Assembly: GCA_043228905.1 (NCBI GenBank)
Contig: JBHGNT010000002.1
Location: 24,366,001 to 24,430,000 of the forward strand
DNA: 64,000 nt
DNA from: Azolla caroliniana
Taxonomy: Eukaryota; Plantae; Polypodiophyta
Direction of reading: 5' to 3'
Numbering within the stretch: the stretch's first letter is position 1; every line of letters starts with the position of its first letter. Made by a program: the position numbers and the translations under genes. A model generated the notes under the pieces. That model saw only the letters and a program-made list of their open reading frames with translations. It made no database searches and was not told the origin of the DNA. Shown here in pieces: positions 23,859 to 35,900 of this stretch.

Positions 23859-24607
23859 TGTCGGGGTAGTTGTGGTTTGTGCGGCGAAGTCGCAAGGACT
23901 AAGGTTAAAAGGAGTTGGCTATATATTTTATCAGGCTTGTGCAACAATGTTAGAAAGATTAAGGATAAGAAGAACAAGAGTTAGAAGTAATATGCAAGAG
24001 ACGGATGAGCAAAGATAAGAGATAAGAGACAATGTATGATTTAAGAAGTGAAAATGTATTATAAGAATAAGGTTTATATTAACAACACAATATTTTACCA
24101 AAGTTACAATGTCGATCACAAGATGAAACCCTTCTCTACCAACTCTTGATTTGAACCCTCAACTTCAACTCCGAGAGACAAAACATTTCCCCAAATGCAC
24201 TAGCTTCTTTGCTTGATTATATTATTTGATTTCTTACTTTCTCTTCTTGATCACCCTATTTTCCCTTGATTCATCCCTTAATTCCTTGCCTCTCTTTATA
24301 AGTTCTCTCATGCATATGATGATATGGGGGTGCATGGCATGCATGGCATGCATGTGATGCATGATCACCATTTGGCGCACATGCTTTACATGTGATGCAT
24401 GATAGCCATCATGCTCATCTAAGTTCTAATGTATGAAGATACACATGTCATAAGTATGATGATAAAAATATAAGTATAGAAAATAACTTGTCCTAATGGT
24501 ATATGCTTCGTCCTTGGTGTGTGAGGTTATGGGTTCAAGTCTCTCAAATGTTACTTAACACAATATTGAAGGTTGTTTTTATATCGTGAAGCAAATCCTT
24601 CACGACA
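23859..24607 (-). repeat. 3' LTR of gypsy element 2
   Basis: Direct repeat of 26716-27419, adjacent to the polypurine tract on the minus strand. Confidence 0.92.
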
Positions 24608-24645
24608 CCCACCCCCTCTGAACTTGCACATTGGATGTGCAAAGT

Positions 24646-26651
24646 TCATCCAAAATCTTGAAAAAACTCTTCATTCCCTTTCCGAATTGGATGTTTCCTG
24701 AAGCACTCTTTGTTTCTTTCATGGTTAGGCCTCACGGTTAAGAATTGTATTGTCTTCCTTCCATCCTGAGTCTTGATCCTCGTGAAAGCCAAACCATCAT
24801 CAATCACGTTTGTTTCCATCTTTATTACATTGATGTATGGTTGACCAAGGATGACAAAGTAGGTTGATCTATCATGCGCAAAGAAATTTTGATCCACCGA
24901 CACATCTCCCATTGTTACTTTCACACTGGGACATGCTCCCAACAGATCCTCCATAGTCTCTGTGGCAACTCTTATTTTCCACCCATGATCTTTGTCGATC
25001 TACCACCATCCTTGAGCATAAAATTCCGATGAAATCATGTTAATCTTTGATCCATGATTGATCAAAGCAATACATGGAATTTGTTGCTCCCTAATTTTTG
25101 CAGGTGCCTTTGTTGTTGCTTGAGCCCAATGGTCCCTTATATAATGACTCCTATCCCCTTCATGAATCCCAACATCATTTATCTTCTTTAAACTTGCACC
25201 ATTAATTGTGCCACAATCCAAATCTTGGAGTATTGTTGCACACCCTCCCGTAACTTCTTCCATCAAATGTTTTATATTTGTCACACCTTCTATGTCCGAA
25301 GCAAGCGTGAAAGTTGGGTATGTCTTCCATTTTACTTTATTAGCTTCTTTTGACTCAGGAGCATCCTTTTACATCTCTCTTCTCTCTTGTTCTTGTGTCT
25401 CATGCATTTTAGCTAGATTAGCCTCCTTGGCCCTCTTTCGCTTCTCTTCCATTAGTACATCTTGTGCATTCACTTGGGCAAATGCTGATAGTGAGTCGAC
25501 CGGATCATTCCATCTAGTGAAGTTTTGTATTTCATCACCCGCTCTTTTTAATTCATCCACTCGAACCTTCCCTTTTCTTTCATACTTCGTCACATCTTGC
25601 CAAAAGCTAGATCCACCATATGAATCTTCTACTGGTAACCCTAAGGTTGTCAAAGATTGTATTGCTTGAATTGTTTTTATCTCAACATCTTTCATTAGCT
25701 TTTTCATTCCACCTTGCCCGAAGTTGAGTAGGAGTGGTTGTCGTGTCTCGGTCGAGTGAATCTTACCATCTTGATAGTAGATTTTATCATGATTAAGAGC
25801 GTTCCTATGTTCTTGATAGTCTTTCTTATGATGGTTGATATTGTCACAGCACATACACCTTCGGATCATTCCACCTCCTTGCCTTGACGAAGTTGAGCTT
25901 TGTCCCGATTCTAGCTTCGTCACTTCGATCGACAAGTCTTTCATGCCTTTCACCAACTCACGCAAGAGTGAATCTTCTATTTTCTTCTCTCCCAAGTTGT
26001 TTCCCATTTTGTCTCCCTTCCTCTCAGGCAACTCCATAAACCATAACTTTCTTTTACAAAAATGGTTGCACACCCTTTTCACCTCCTCCTAGTCTTTGGT
26101 AAGTCCACTTGGACTATTCTGATCTTCCAGAAGCATTCCCAAGTCCATCCTATCTTTAATATTAGTGTCTTGTAGAAACAATATTATTTTATCTGGCATT
26201 ATTATATTTCTATCCCTAACATTTAATTGCTCAAATCTTTCTGAAAACTCTTTTAACACTTCCAAAACACTTAAATGTTTATTAGACTCTACCCAATCCT
26301 TGAAAGCTCGCCTTGTCATCCTTGACATATCGTTGAGGTTGTATTCATTCAGTAATGCTCTTTCGAAAGTTGCCCATGTCTGATGCTCCCTCTGTAGCTC
26401 TTGGATCCTTTGTTATAGCCCAATCGTAGCAGCTCCCTCTGTAGCCCAATCGTAGCGACTCGACTAAAACTATTAATTTTGGCAGCTTTGTCGACTCCAT
26501 GTTTAAGAATTTCTTCATTGTAAATCTTCAAATATCTTGTTAAATTTATACCTTCGAAGATTCCTACTCGTGCAAGAATATTGTCGACGGCTTTGTCAAT
26601 GCTTGCTATCATCCCTTGCTCCCGCATCATTCGTTCCATCATCGTATACAT
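24646..26651 (-). pseudogene. Fragmented gag-protease of gypsy element 2
   Basis: ORF pieces 26651-26349, 26328-26089, 26082-25369, 25284-25000 and 24954-24646 (VILGQPY protease tail). Confidence 0.82.
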
Positions 26652-26694
26652 AAATAAGCCTCATTTGCTCCTCCATTTTTCCTTGTCGTCGCCT

Positions 26695-26711
26695 TCACGT
26701 CGGGTTCACCA
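26695..26711 (-). promoter_or_regulatory. Primer-binding site (tRNA-Trp)
   Basis: TGGTGAACCCGACGTGA is complementary to the plant cytosolic tRNA-Trp 3' end (TCACGTCGGGTTCACCA, recalled). Confidence 0.8.
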
Positions 26712-26715
26712 AATT

Positions 26716-27419
26716 TGTCAGGGTAGTTGTGGTTTGTGCGGCGAAGTCGCAAGGACTAAGGTTAAAAGGAGTTGGCTATATATTTTATCAGGCTTGTGCA
26801 ACAATGTTAGAAAGATTAAGGATAAGAAGAACAAGAGTTAGAAGTAATATGCAAGAGACAAATGAGCAAAGATAAGAGATAAGAGACAATGTATGATTTA
26901 AGAAGTGAAAATGTATTATAAGAACAAGGTTTATATTAACAACACAATATTTTACCAAAGTTACAATGTCGATCACAAGATGAAACCCTTCTCTACCAAC
27001 TCTTGATTTGAACCCTCGACTTCAACTCCAAGAGACAAAACATTTCCCCAAATGCACTAGCTTCTTTGCTTGATAATATTATTTGATTTCTTACTTTCTC
27101 TTCTTGATCACCCTGTTTTCCCTTAATTCCTTGCCTCTCTTTATAGGTTCTCTCATGCATATGATGATATGGGGGTGCATGGCATGCATGAGATGCATGA
27201 GATGTATGAGATGCATGATCGTCATTTGGCGCAAGTTCTAATGTATGAAGATAAACATGTCATAAGTATGATGATAAAAATATAAGTATAGAAAATAACT
27301 TGTCCTAATGGTATATGCTTCGTCCTTGGCGTGTGAGGTTATGGGTTCAAGTCTCTCAAATGTTACTTAATACAATGTTGAAGTTTATTTTTATATCGTG
27401 AAGCAAATCCTTCACGACA
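26716..27419 (-). repeat. 5' LTR of gypsy element 2
   Basis: Direct repeat of 23859-24607, followed on the minus strand by the PBS. Confidence 0.92.
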
Positions 27420-28018
27420 TCGATACACTTCATAAATAATCTTGTCTATCATGCGAAGACAAAACATATTGAGGTGCGGTATCATCACATCCGGGAGCTC
27501 ATAACAAAGAAGAAGCTCGAAGTCCGGAAGATCAACATTGCGATAAACATCGTCGATTGCTTGACGAAGCCACTCCCAGATCAATGCTTTAGAGCCCTAA
27601 GGACAAAGATGGGACTACGACAAGCGACCAAGTAGAAGAACGCCGAGTGTGGAGCAGAAGTTAAGTCGAAGACCTGCCCGACCGGACGAGCCGACAAGGC
27701 AAAGTCAAAAGAATCGAAAGCACAAGAGCAAGCTTGAGCTGACAACAGACGATCGACCCAAAGCCAAGAGCCAAAATCGGACATGAGCCGATCCAAACAA
27801 AATGAGCCTACTCGATAAAAGATGTTGCGAACAAATCGATCCGACCGATTCAGATAACCAGTCGAATCAAGTTAGAGAACGACTTCACCTCTGCCTACTC
27901 GGCTAGATGCCAATTGATTCGTAACTATAACTGTAGATTAAAATTGTAATCTAGGTTTACGGGGGAGATAAACCCATACAATTGTAAGTATAAAGAGTAG
28001 TCCTTTTACATGGGAGTT

Positions 28019-28312
28019 TGTTGGTATAAGAAGGCCGACTCCTTCCACTTTGTATCTTAGTGTGAACATGTCCAAATAGTTAGGGCTTAATATATAAGCT
28101 CTAACCTAACACTGTAACAACAACCTTCTTGTATCTTGAGTCTTGTAGAGAGAGAGAGAGAGAGTTACAGAATAACGAGAAACTCCATTGAAGCTCCATT
28201 TGTGTGTCGATCTACTGTTTTCTTCCTTGTCGCATATATGTGTTGTTTGCTGTGCACATAACTGACAAGTCCTCACATACTTCTGCATACATATCAAACC
28301 CTATATACGACA
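28019..28312 (+). repeat. Copia 3' LTR
   Basis: TG...CA ends; matches the 5' LTR; preceded by purine-rich GGGAG. Confidence 0.88.
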
Positions 28313-28699
28313 ATGAGTTAGTCTCTCCGAACTCCTAAAGTGATGGAGATGCCTTGAAAACTTGACGAGATATCCTATCTAGTGATTAGCTATGTATCCT
28401 ATTAATAAAAACTATAGTTGGAAGAAGTTTTTCTACTAGCATGGGGGATAAAGTGAACCATGCTCTAATGATTTCATGTGGCACTAATAACATCGTGACA
28501 AATGGTCTCTCTAATTGTGACCACGTGAAATATGGTAGCCCTCGACCAAACTACTGTTGCATACATGAGGGAAGGGGTTACTAATGAGTTTAGGCTCTTA
28601 AAAGCATGCTTGGTGGCATTGTCTCTCTAAGAGTGAGAGGGACACATATCATCTTGTTAGTCTATCTCTTATGTTGTTTGTGTCATCGAAAATTTACCT

Positions 28700-29330
28700 A
28701 CACTTAAAATGACTCTAAGATATACATATGATCTTACTACCTCAACTTGTCTATTAGATAGAGTTAGGTGACATTTCGTCCTAACCTAAGCATATGTGTG
28801 GAAGATAAGAACTTTAGTTATCCCCAGATTCACTACCAATCTTCTTTGTGCGCAAAAGTCATCTAAGGCATTAAGATGGCTTTGTAGGTCATGTTTTGAC
28901 TCAGAGAGTAAAACTATATATCGTCTGCAGAAAGCAAGATATTGAGTTGTGTGCCCCCAGGTCTACTTCGTTGCCTCCCTTAAGAGTCGGTGATAGGGAA
29001 CCACCTTGTTTTACACTAATGGTGCTAGTGAAGCAATTGGATAGGCCACCCATACGTTGTACGCACTTGAAGGCTTGCTCATATAATGTAGAGATGGCCC
29101 AAATCATTTCATCTAGTATCTCAAAGCTTTTAAGCCTATCAAACAAACGCTTTTGTAGGGACTGTGTTAAAGGCATAACGAAAGTTCACAAAACAACGAT
29201 ATAATTTCCTCTTGCGAACCTTGGACTAGTCAATTAAGAATCTAAGCATGAAGATATGGTCAGTAGTAGAAAAAGGCTCATCTAAAGCCGGCATGTTCGG
29301 TTGCTTTGAAGACTCAATGTGTCGATATAA
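28700..29330 (-). mobile_element. LINE reverse transcriptase relic
   Basis: SVKQGGSLSPTL (GxxQGxxLSP motif), LLSADDI and AFNTVP motifs in broken frames; boundaries approximate. Confidence 0.72.
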
Positions 29331-29946
29331 ATCTTTGAGCTATGCTTCCATCATTACACCATATAGTGTAGAGAGAGAGAGAGAGAGGACATAGTTTCTT
29401 GAGACAGAGAGGAAAAGAGCAAACGAGAGAGGCAAAAGAAAATCCTAAAATTGTTGTAAGCTGAAGGAGTAGTAACATAACTATTTATTCTTGAGTTTTA
29501 CGAAGGGTTATAAAAGCAAGTTAATAAATATTTCCATATTCACATATTTGATCTACACAGAGGGAGAGAAGGGGTAGAGAAGAAGAAGAAGAAGAAGAAG
29601 AAGAAGAAGGGGGTTTATTTCCAGAGAGACCCACTTCAACAAGGAGCTCCGTCTTCCTCTCGCCGCTTTCCAAGGTAATCTCCTGTCTCCATGAACACAC
29701 AGAATACCTAATCTAAACAAGGAAAACACGATTCTTGTTTCAAACCCTTGCTTCTTCTTCTTTTCTCTTCTGATGCCAAAGGCGGCGGTGCTCGTGATCC
29801 TGTGATGAATCTATCATCCATGGAAGAAGCTCTTTGATTGAGAGAACAATACTACCGGTTTCCACAGGTTTTTCTTAGGTTGTCTAGTTTTGGGCGGTTT
29901 TCATTTTGGGTTCTCTTCTTTTGGGATTTTTTCTTCGGCTTCAATC

Positions 29947-32900
29947 ATGGCCATGCCTAGTGGTGAAGAATGGAAGGAAAACCAAGATCAGTTCACAGCA
30001 TCTATGGATACATTCACACCATCAGTAAGAGCTTCCGAAATCTCAAAGGAAACTCATTCCATAGTATCTCAACCAAAAGAGATGCGAGGAACCCGGACTG
30101 ATTTTGTTATACCTAAAAACAAGCTCTCTGGGGCGCTTGTTCCAGTAACTAGAGCTAGTAAGTGGGAGCCAATCGAGTCAAAAACAGAACACTTTCCAAA
30201 GTTAGAACATTTGTCGAGTTCATCTTCGAGGAAGACTAAATGGGCGCCTGATTTGTCTGAAGATCCTGATGTGAAACGACGACGAGCCCTTGCGTTACAG
30301 GTAAGCATCATACTTGCTTGGTTTATTTCATGTATTTGTTCTCATTACAATGAATCTCACTCTTTTGGAAATATTTAGTTTGATCTGAAATATTGGGAAT
30401 GGGCAAAGAGTAGGGGAGATTTTAGAAACTTAGCCTTCATATTGGGTGATATATGAAAATTACTCTGATAAGCCGTATACATATCAACTTATGCTCATGT
30501 GCAAAAGGGAAAAAATAGTTATCCACGGATCAAAATATATATACTTGTGACCATGCTTAACTCTGTCGTAGATGATCAATGTGGTTAGTAACTAATTGCT
30601 TATGGTTAATGAACTTAGTTTAGAGATTAATTCTGCATTAATCACATAGATCTTTTCTCAACTAGTCTGATCAAGTTCACATTAATCTCTTTATAAAAAT
30701 ATTTCATCATCTACAGTGGCTCCATAAATTGTGATAAGAATCCTAAGGTTATTATGTAAGATTCTCCAAAATTAAATAGTTTAGAGTAAGTGTAATTACT
30801 TTACCTTTCCTATACAAGGACATAAACTCATCCCACAATGTTGGTACCAACTTTGTTGAACATTGTAAGGGGCATCAAGAAGGAGCCTCAAATTTAAACA
30901 AGAATAACTACATTTCCCTTTCTGACCATGACATAATAATTCGATAAATTGGGAAAACTGTAAGAGTTAATTTTTTATGTATAACTCAATATGGAGGGCG
31001 TTTTTGTAAATTTCCCTAAAAGTAGTACATTCTGAAGGGCGATGCATTTGAGTTTGAAGATAGGGTGCTAGGGGGTGGCCAGAGGGTTTGAGGTGAAACA
31101 CTTCCCATATGGACACCATACCATAATATATATTCCAGGTGCAATGTGTGTGCATTAAGCGATGTTGCTACCTGTGTCTGGTGCTACACATTTTGAGCAG
31201 ACTCGGGCAGAGCAGCTGGCTGCACAACTGGAGTCTGGTAGCTTGGGAATCGACTACAATGAAGCAACAAGGTCTCCTTCACCACCACCTGTCTATGATT
31301 CATTTGGGCATAGAATGAATACTCGCGAGGTCAGCATATATGCTTTTTTCAAATAAACAGCTTGCCAAATAAATAAATAGTGTCAATTTGTTACATGTCA
31401 CTCCTAACACCTTGAATTTGAATTATATCACTATCTGATTATAGAATAACACAGCAGAGGTCATCGTACTTTTCTTTTAAAGTAAACAAAAAAACGAGTG
31501 AATAAACAAATAAAACAGTGAATATCGAAGATAAGTTGTTATGTCTTAGGATTAACTCATGTTCGATGCCTATCAAATTTCAATTATCTATATGTGACTA
31601 TTTTTATAGGCGAGGAAACGAGAACAGCTGGACATGGAAAGACGAGATGCAATAGGTGAGCCAGAGGCCACTTCACTTTATGTTAATGAAAGCTTAACAT
31701 AAAATTTCCATTTTTGAATTTGGTTGATCCCACGGGCTAATCTATTTAAAGGTGATTACAGGCTACTTAAAACTTTTTGTTAATCTTTTGGTTGTAGGGG
31801 AATGCCTGAAGCTGAATCCAACATACAAGCCTCCACCTGGGTACAGGCCTGTACTTAAAGAGGCCAAATTGTACATTCCGGTAGGTCAACTATTACATAT
31901 ATTTATTTATTTAAAATGTATCCTCTTCTCCCTTGCACATTGTAATTGTCAATGATTGCTTCAGCTAATTATTGCACATTATTTTTATCTTTATATAAAT
32001 ATTTTCATTTCCATTGCTTTTGCTTTTTAGATAATTTCAATTTCATTCATTTGAACTTATAGGTTTTGGGGTGCTTCTCTTGAAATTAGTGACTTCGATT
32101 TTAGACATTAGTATCTACGCTGTACAATCTAGATGTTGGTGTATCATATTATCTGAGACTGTTTCTATTTGGATATGTTATTAATAAGTATATACAGTAT
32201 GCTATTTTTGAGATGGCCAAACTTTGTGCATATGCTTAGACATCTACGCATTGATTTATTGTCTACAGTTATCATCATCATTTTCTAGATGATCACCAAA
32301 GTTTATATCTTTGTTGTGTATTCAATTAAGTTGGAATTGCCTATTAGATCTTAATGTTTTTATATGTGTCTTTATTCAGATTATGAAAAGTCTTTATAAA
32401 AAGTCTGCTTTCCTGTCTTGCTTTTGCTGTTTCCTTTTTTGTTTCGTCCTGTATCCTACTGATAACCATGATGCAACATCTTGGCCATTTTTTCCCTCTT
32501 TGCTATATATCTAACCCAATAATATGGATCGTCACTGTGTACAATGTGCATAATAATACCTTTCACTACCTGTGAATAAACTCCCCAGTATTTTGTACCT
32601 GGTTTCTGATGGGAATAGTTTCGAAGTAGCATCATTACAATGTAATGGTCAATCTTGCATTGCATATCATGAACATGAAGAGCTTCCACTGTGCCATGTG
32701 GTCTTGTTCTTGCTGATGCATGTTGCTTCCTATAATGACTGCTCAAACTGCAGATTTATTTTAGGCATTGGAAGTATTGTAACTGACTTGAATATTAGTC
32801 ATCTCAGGCACGTGTTATCATGCAATGCTGAATAAGACCTTCACTGTCTACAATAACTAAAGGCTGTGCATATGTAGTTCTAATTGCCACCAAAACAGTA

Positions 32901-35900
32901 CTCAACGCTCATAAGGATTAAGACCTTGTACTCAGATGATAGAGTAGACATTATTTAAGAGTGTGATATCAATTTGAAAGTGTATTCTTAATGTAGTTGC
33001 AAAGTGTCAGATTTTCTGTTTATCTTTCACTTGTTAGAGCATGAAGTATTCTCCAAGTATTTTGGTTTCATCCGTGAGTTGCTGGGCATAATGGAACTGC
33101 TTAACTCAACACAGATGCAACAAACTCACTAGCCAAAGTATACCAGTTTGCTATTCATATTCTTTGTGCAGTACAAATAAGCTTGAAAATGGAAGAATTA
33201 CCTTTCTGTTCTTGTTATACTTTGTTTAATTTCTACTTAATAATAGTACAAAATGTGAAGCACAATAATTGAAAGATATTAGGAGATTTATAACCGACCT
33301 TAGAAGATTTTTTTATCAGGTAAAGGAGTATCCAGGATATAATTTTATTGGTCTGATATTGGGACCTCGAGGAAATACACAGAAACATATGGAAGCGGTA
33401 TATTCTCTCTTTTGCATTATCATCCATTAGACTTATTTAAGAAATTTGTAGAGCTTGACAAGTACATATATACATGGCAGGAAACTGGTGCAAGGATTAC
33501 TATCCGAGGCAAGGGATCCATCAAAGAAGGAAAGGTATTTTCTGTAATTTATTTCTGGGAAATATTATAATTGGTGATAATTATGAAAAGTTCTTAGTTT
33601 GGATGTGAAAATGAAATGGACACTCTTTCTCATCTTAAAAGAGTGGAGAGTCCCAAATGTTCAAAGGTATGTCTTGTGCATAATCGATTGAGTTTCTTTT
33701 TCCCCTGAAACCTCTGTTTCGATGTGTACCAATTAACAAGGAAAAGGATATCATGTGTGTTTGAATCATTTCTTCAGAAATAAGAAATTTAATCGAAGAT
33801 ACTTCTACTTCATAAGTGCCTCTTGAGTCTTCACTTTATTACTGACACAGGCTATGGTCCTCAATGACTTTAGTTGGGAAATCTTAAATTCTGTAAATGT
33901 GCATCTCAAATTTACTGGGAAATCTTAATTACATAGATTTCCATGAGTTCTATGCAATTTTAGATCAACCAGCCTACACTGTTCTTATTTCTCCGAAAAA
34001 ACAGAGCTGACTAATATTTACATGTTTTTGTTTTATTTACTATCTGGTAAGATTTGAGTTTTTTCCCTAATGCTCTTGAAATATAGTGTAATGTCGTTCT
34101 TAGTTGGGATCCATGCAGCATTGTATAAGTAGTATCACTCTTTGACAATGCCTAGCTATTTACAATGACGTATTCATTAATGTATTATTTATCTGGTCAC
34201 TTCTGGTGTATGTTTCACTCTTTATTGCCTTAGCATATGCAAACGCTGGATAAATTGTGTATTTTTTGTGAATTGTTTTTAGACCAATAAATCTCTTTTC
34301 ATCAAAATTGCATGATTTCTTCAGATTTTTCATTCTTCATATTCAAATGGATTCACTTTTTTGCTTGGATTAAAGGGTGATAATTGTGTTTGCAATATAT
34401 GATTAGTTTATCTAAACATGTCTTAACCTTTTGGTGGCAGGCACCTGTTAAACATTCAAAAGAAAATGATTATTATGAAGATTTGCATGTACATATCTCA
34501 GGAGATACATGGGAAAAAATTGATGCAGCAATAACTCTCATCAAGCCACTTTTGACACCTGTTGATGTAAGTCTTATGGGTAATTTTCAGACGTTTTAAT
34601 GAACAACAAGGTGTACCAAAACTTTCAAGATTTTCTTATTTTCATTCTATGTGTTACTTCAAAAAGGAGTACAGGAATGTTCATATAATGAAGCAACTTC
34701 GAGAGCTTGCAGAAATCAATGGCAAGTGCTACATTTAGTTAATCTCACCTTTAGTTGTCCCACTATGACAAAAACGTTTCCCAGATGATAACCATTTTAT
34801 CATCGGTTTGAAATATTATTGATGCAGGAACCGTAAGAGATATTACAAGATTTTGTGGTATATGTGGAGAAATAGGACACAGAGACTGGCAATGTCCCAA
34901 GGACAAGCTTCAATCTTTTCAAGCAAAGGTAATTAATGATCATATTGGCATATTTTTTACATCACATGATGATATTCCAATGTTATTTTCAAAAGGAAAG
35001 AATCAAACAATGTTAGAACATAGTTCCAAGGTGAAGGTTCCCTTATCTATTAACCTTGAAAATACCAAGAACGCCTTCCTTTGCCTTATCATTTCACTTT
35101 GTTTCTGTGCTGTTCAAAGCTTCCTTAATAAGCCCATGGGATTATGCTAATGAAATAAGATTTAGCCATATTACACATACACTTGTTCTAAAGCTGTTTA
35201 TTATGAGAGAGAGAATCAATTGATTACAAACACTTAAAACCCTTAGTACTGATCAAAATTCAAGTTTGTAAAAATTTATAGATAATAAATAAACCTGCTA
35301 AATTCTATTAAGCATGGAAACAGGTGATGGTAATGATGTGTCAATAAATTTTGTTAATTTTGGAACATAAATGAATTAAAATATAGCAATTGATCCTTGT
35401 TTTATTATCCTCTTCAGGTTATCTGTCGGCTATGTGGTGATGCCAGCCACCCAACATTTGATTGCCCTATGAAAATTGGTGGAGAGGTTGGTATTCAAAT
35501 ATTTTTGCTTCTCTTAATGGGGTAGTGAAATGCCATAATGAGGGTAAAGGTATAATAAGGTGGTCAATTGCCATAATGAGCTAAAACCATAATAAGGTGT
35601 TCAATTTCCATAATGGTGTTAAAGCATACAAGAGTGGTTACTCTACCAAGTTAATGCATAATTAGATACTGCTCAATTACTAATAAAATAGGTATTGTCA
35701 AGAACTTTACCTTCTGACCACCATTTTCTGCCTCTATTTGTGGCAAATAAAGGCAAGTGCGGCTTATGGGGCAGGGCCCTAAACCACTCCCTATATAACC
35801 TTCAGTTGGAAACGTGTAGTTTAAATTTATTCAAGTATATGAGTTTAAATTTATTCAAGTATATGGTGTTGTCTCACTGCAGGGAAAACCAATAGACAGG

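Larger units (their letters stand above)
23859..27419 (-). mobile_element. Nested non-autonomous Ty3/gypsy element 2 (gag and protease only)
   Basis: LTRs 23859-24607 and 26716-27419 (TG...CA, highly similar); PBS 26695-26711; PPT 24608-24618; apparent 4-bp TSD GCGA/TCGA. Gag fragments, a degenerate zinc knuckle and protease ALINHGSKIN are present; no RT/RH/INT. Confidence 0.9.
16548..28312 (+). mobile_element. Decayed Ty1/copia LTR retrotransposon hosting nested elements
   Basis: LTRs 16548-16832 and 28019-28312; imperfect TSD ATGCG/ATGAG; PBS TGGTATCAGAGC. gag (KFDGKKFALWK), protease (LLDSDATFHM), integrase (QNGVAER), RT (LILYVDDMLI) and RNase H (KTKHIEVQYH) lie in copia order with stops and frameshifts. 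Confidence 0.93.

Noticed and set aside
23501-27766. 350-bp target-site duplication around gypsy 2
   Set aside because: The second copy begins before the element and the copies are diverged; it is an earlier tandem duplication with a short TSD inside.
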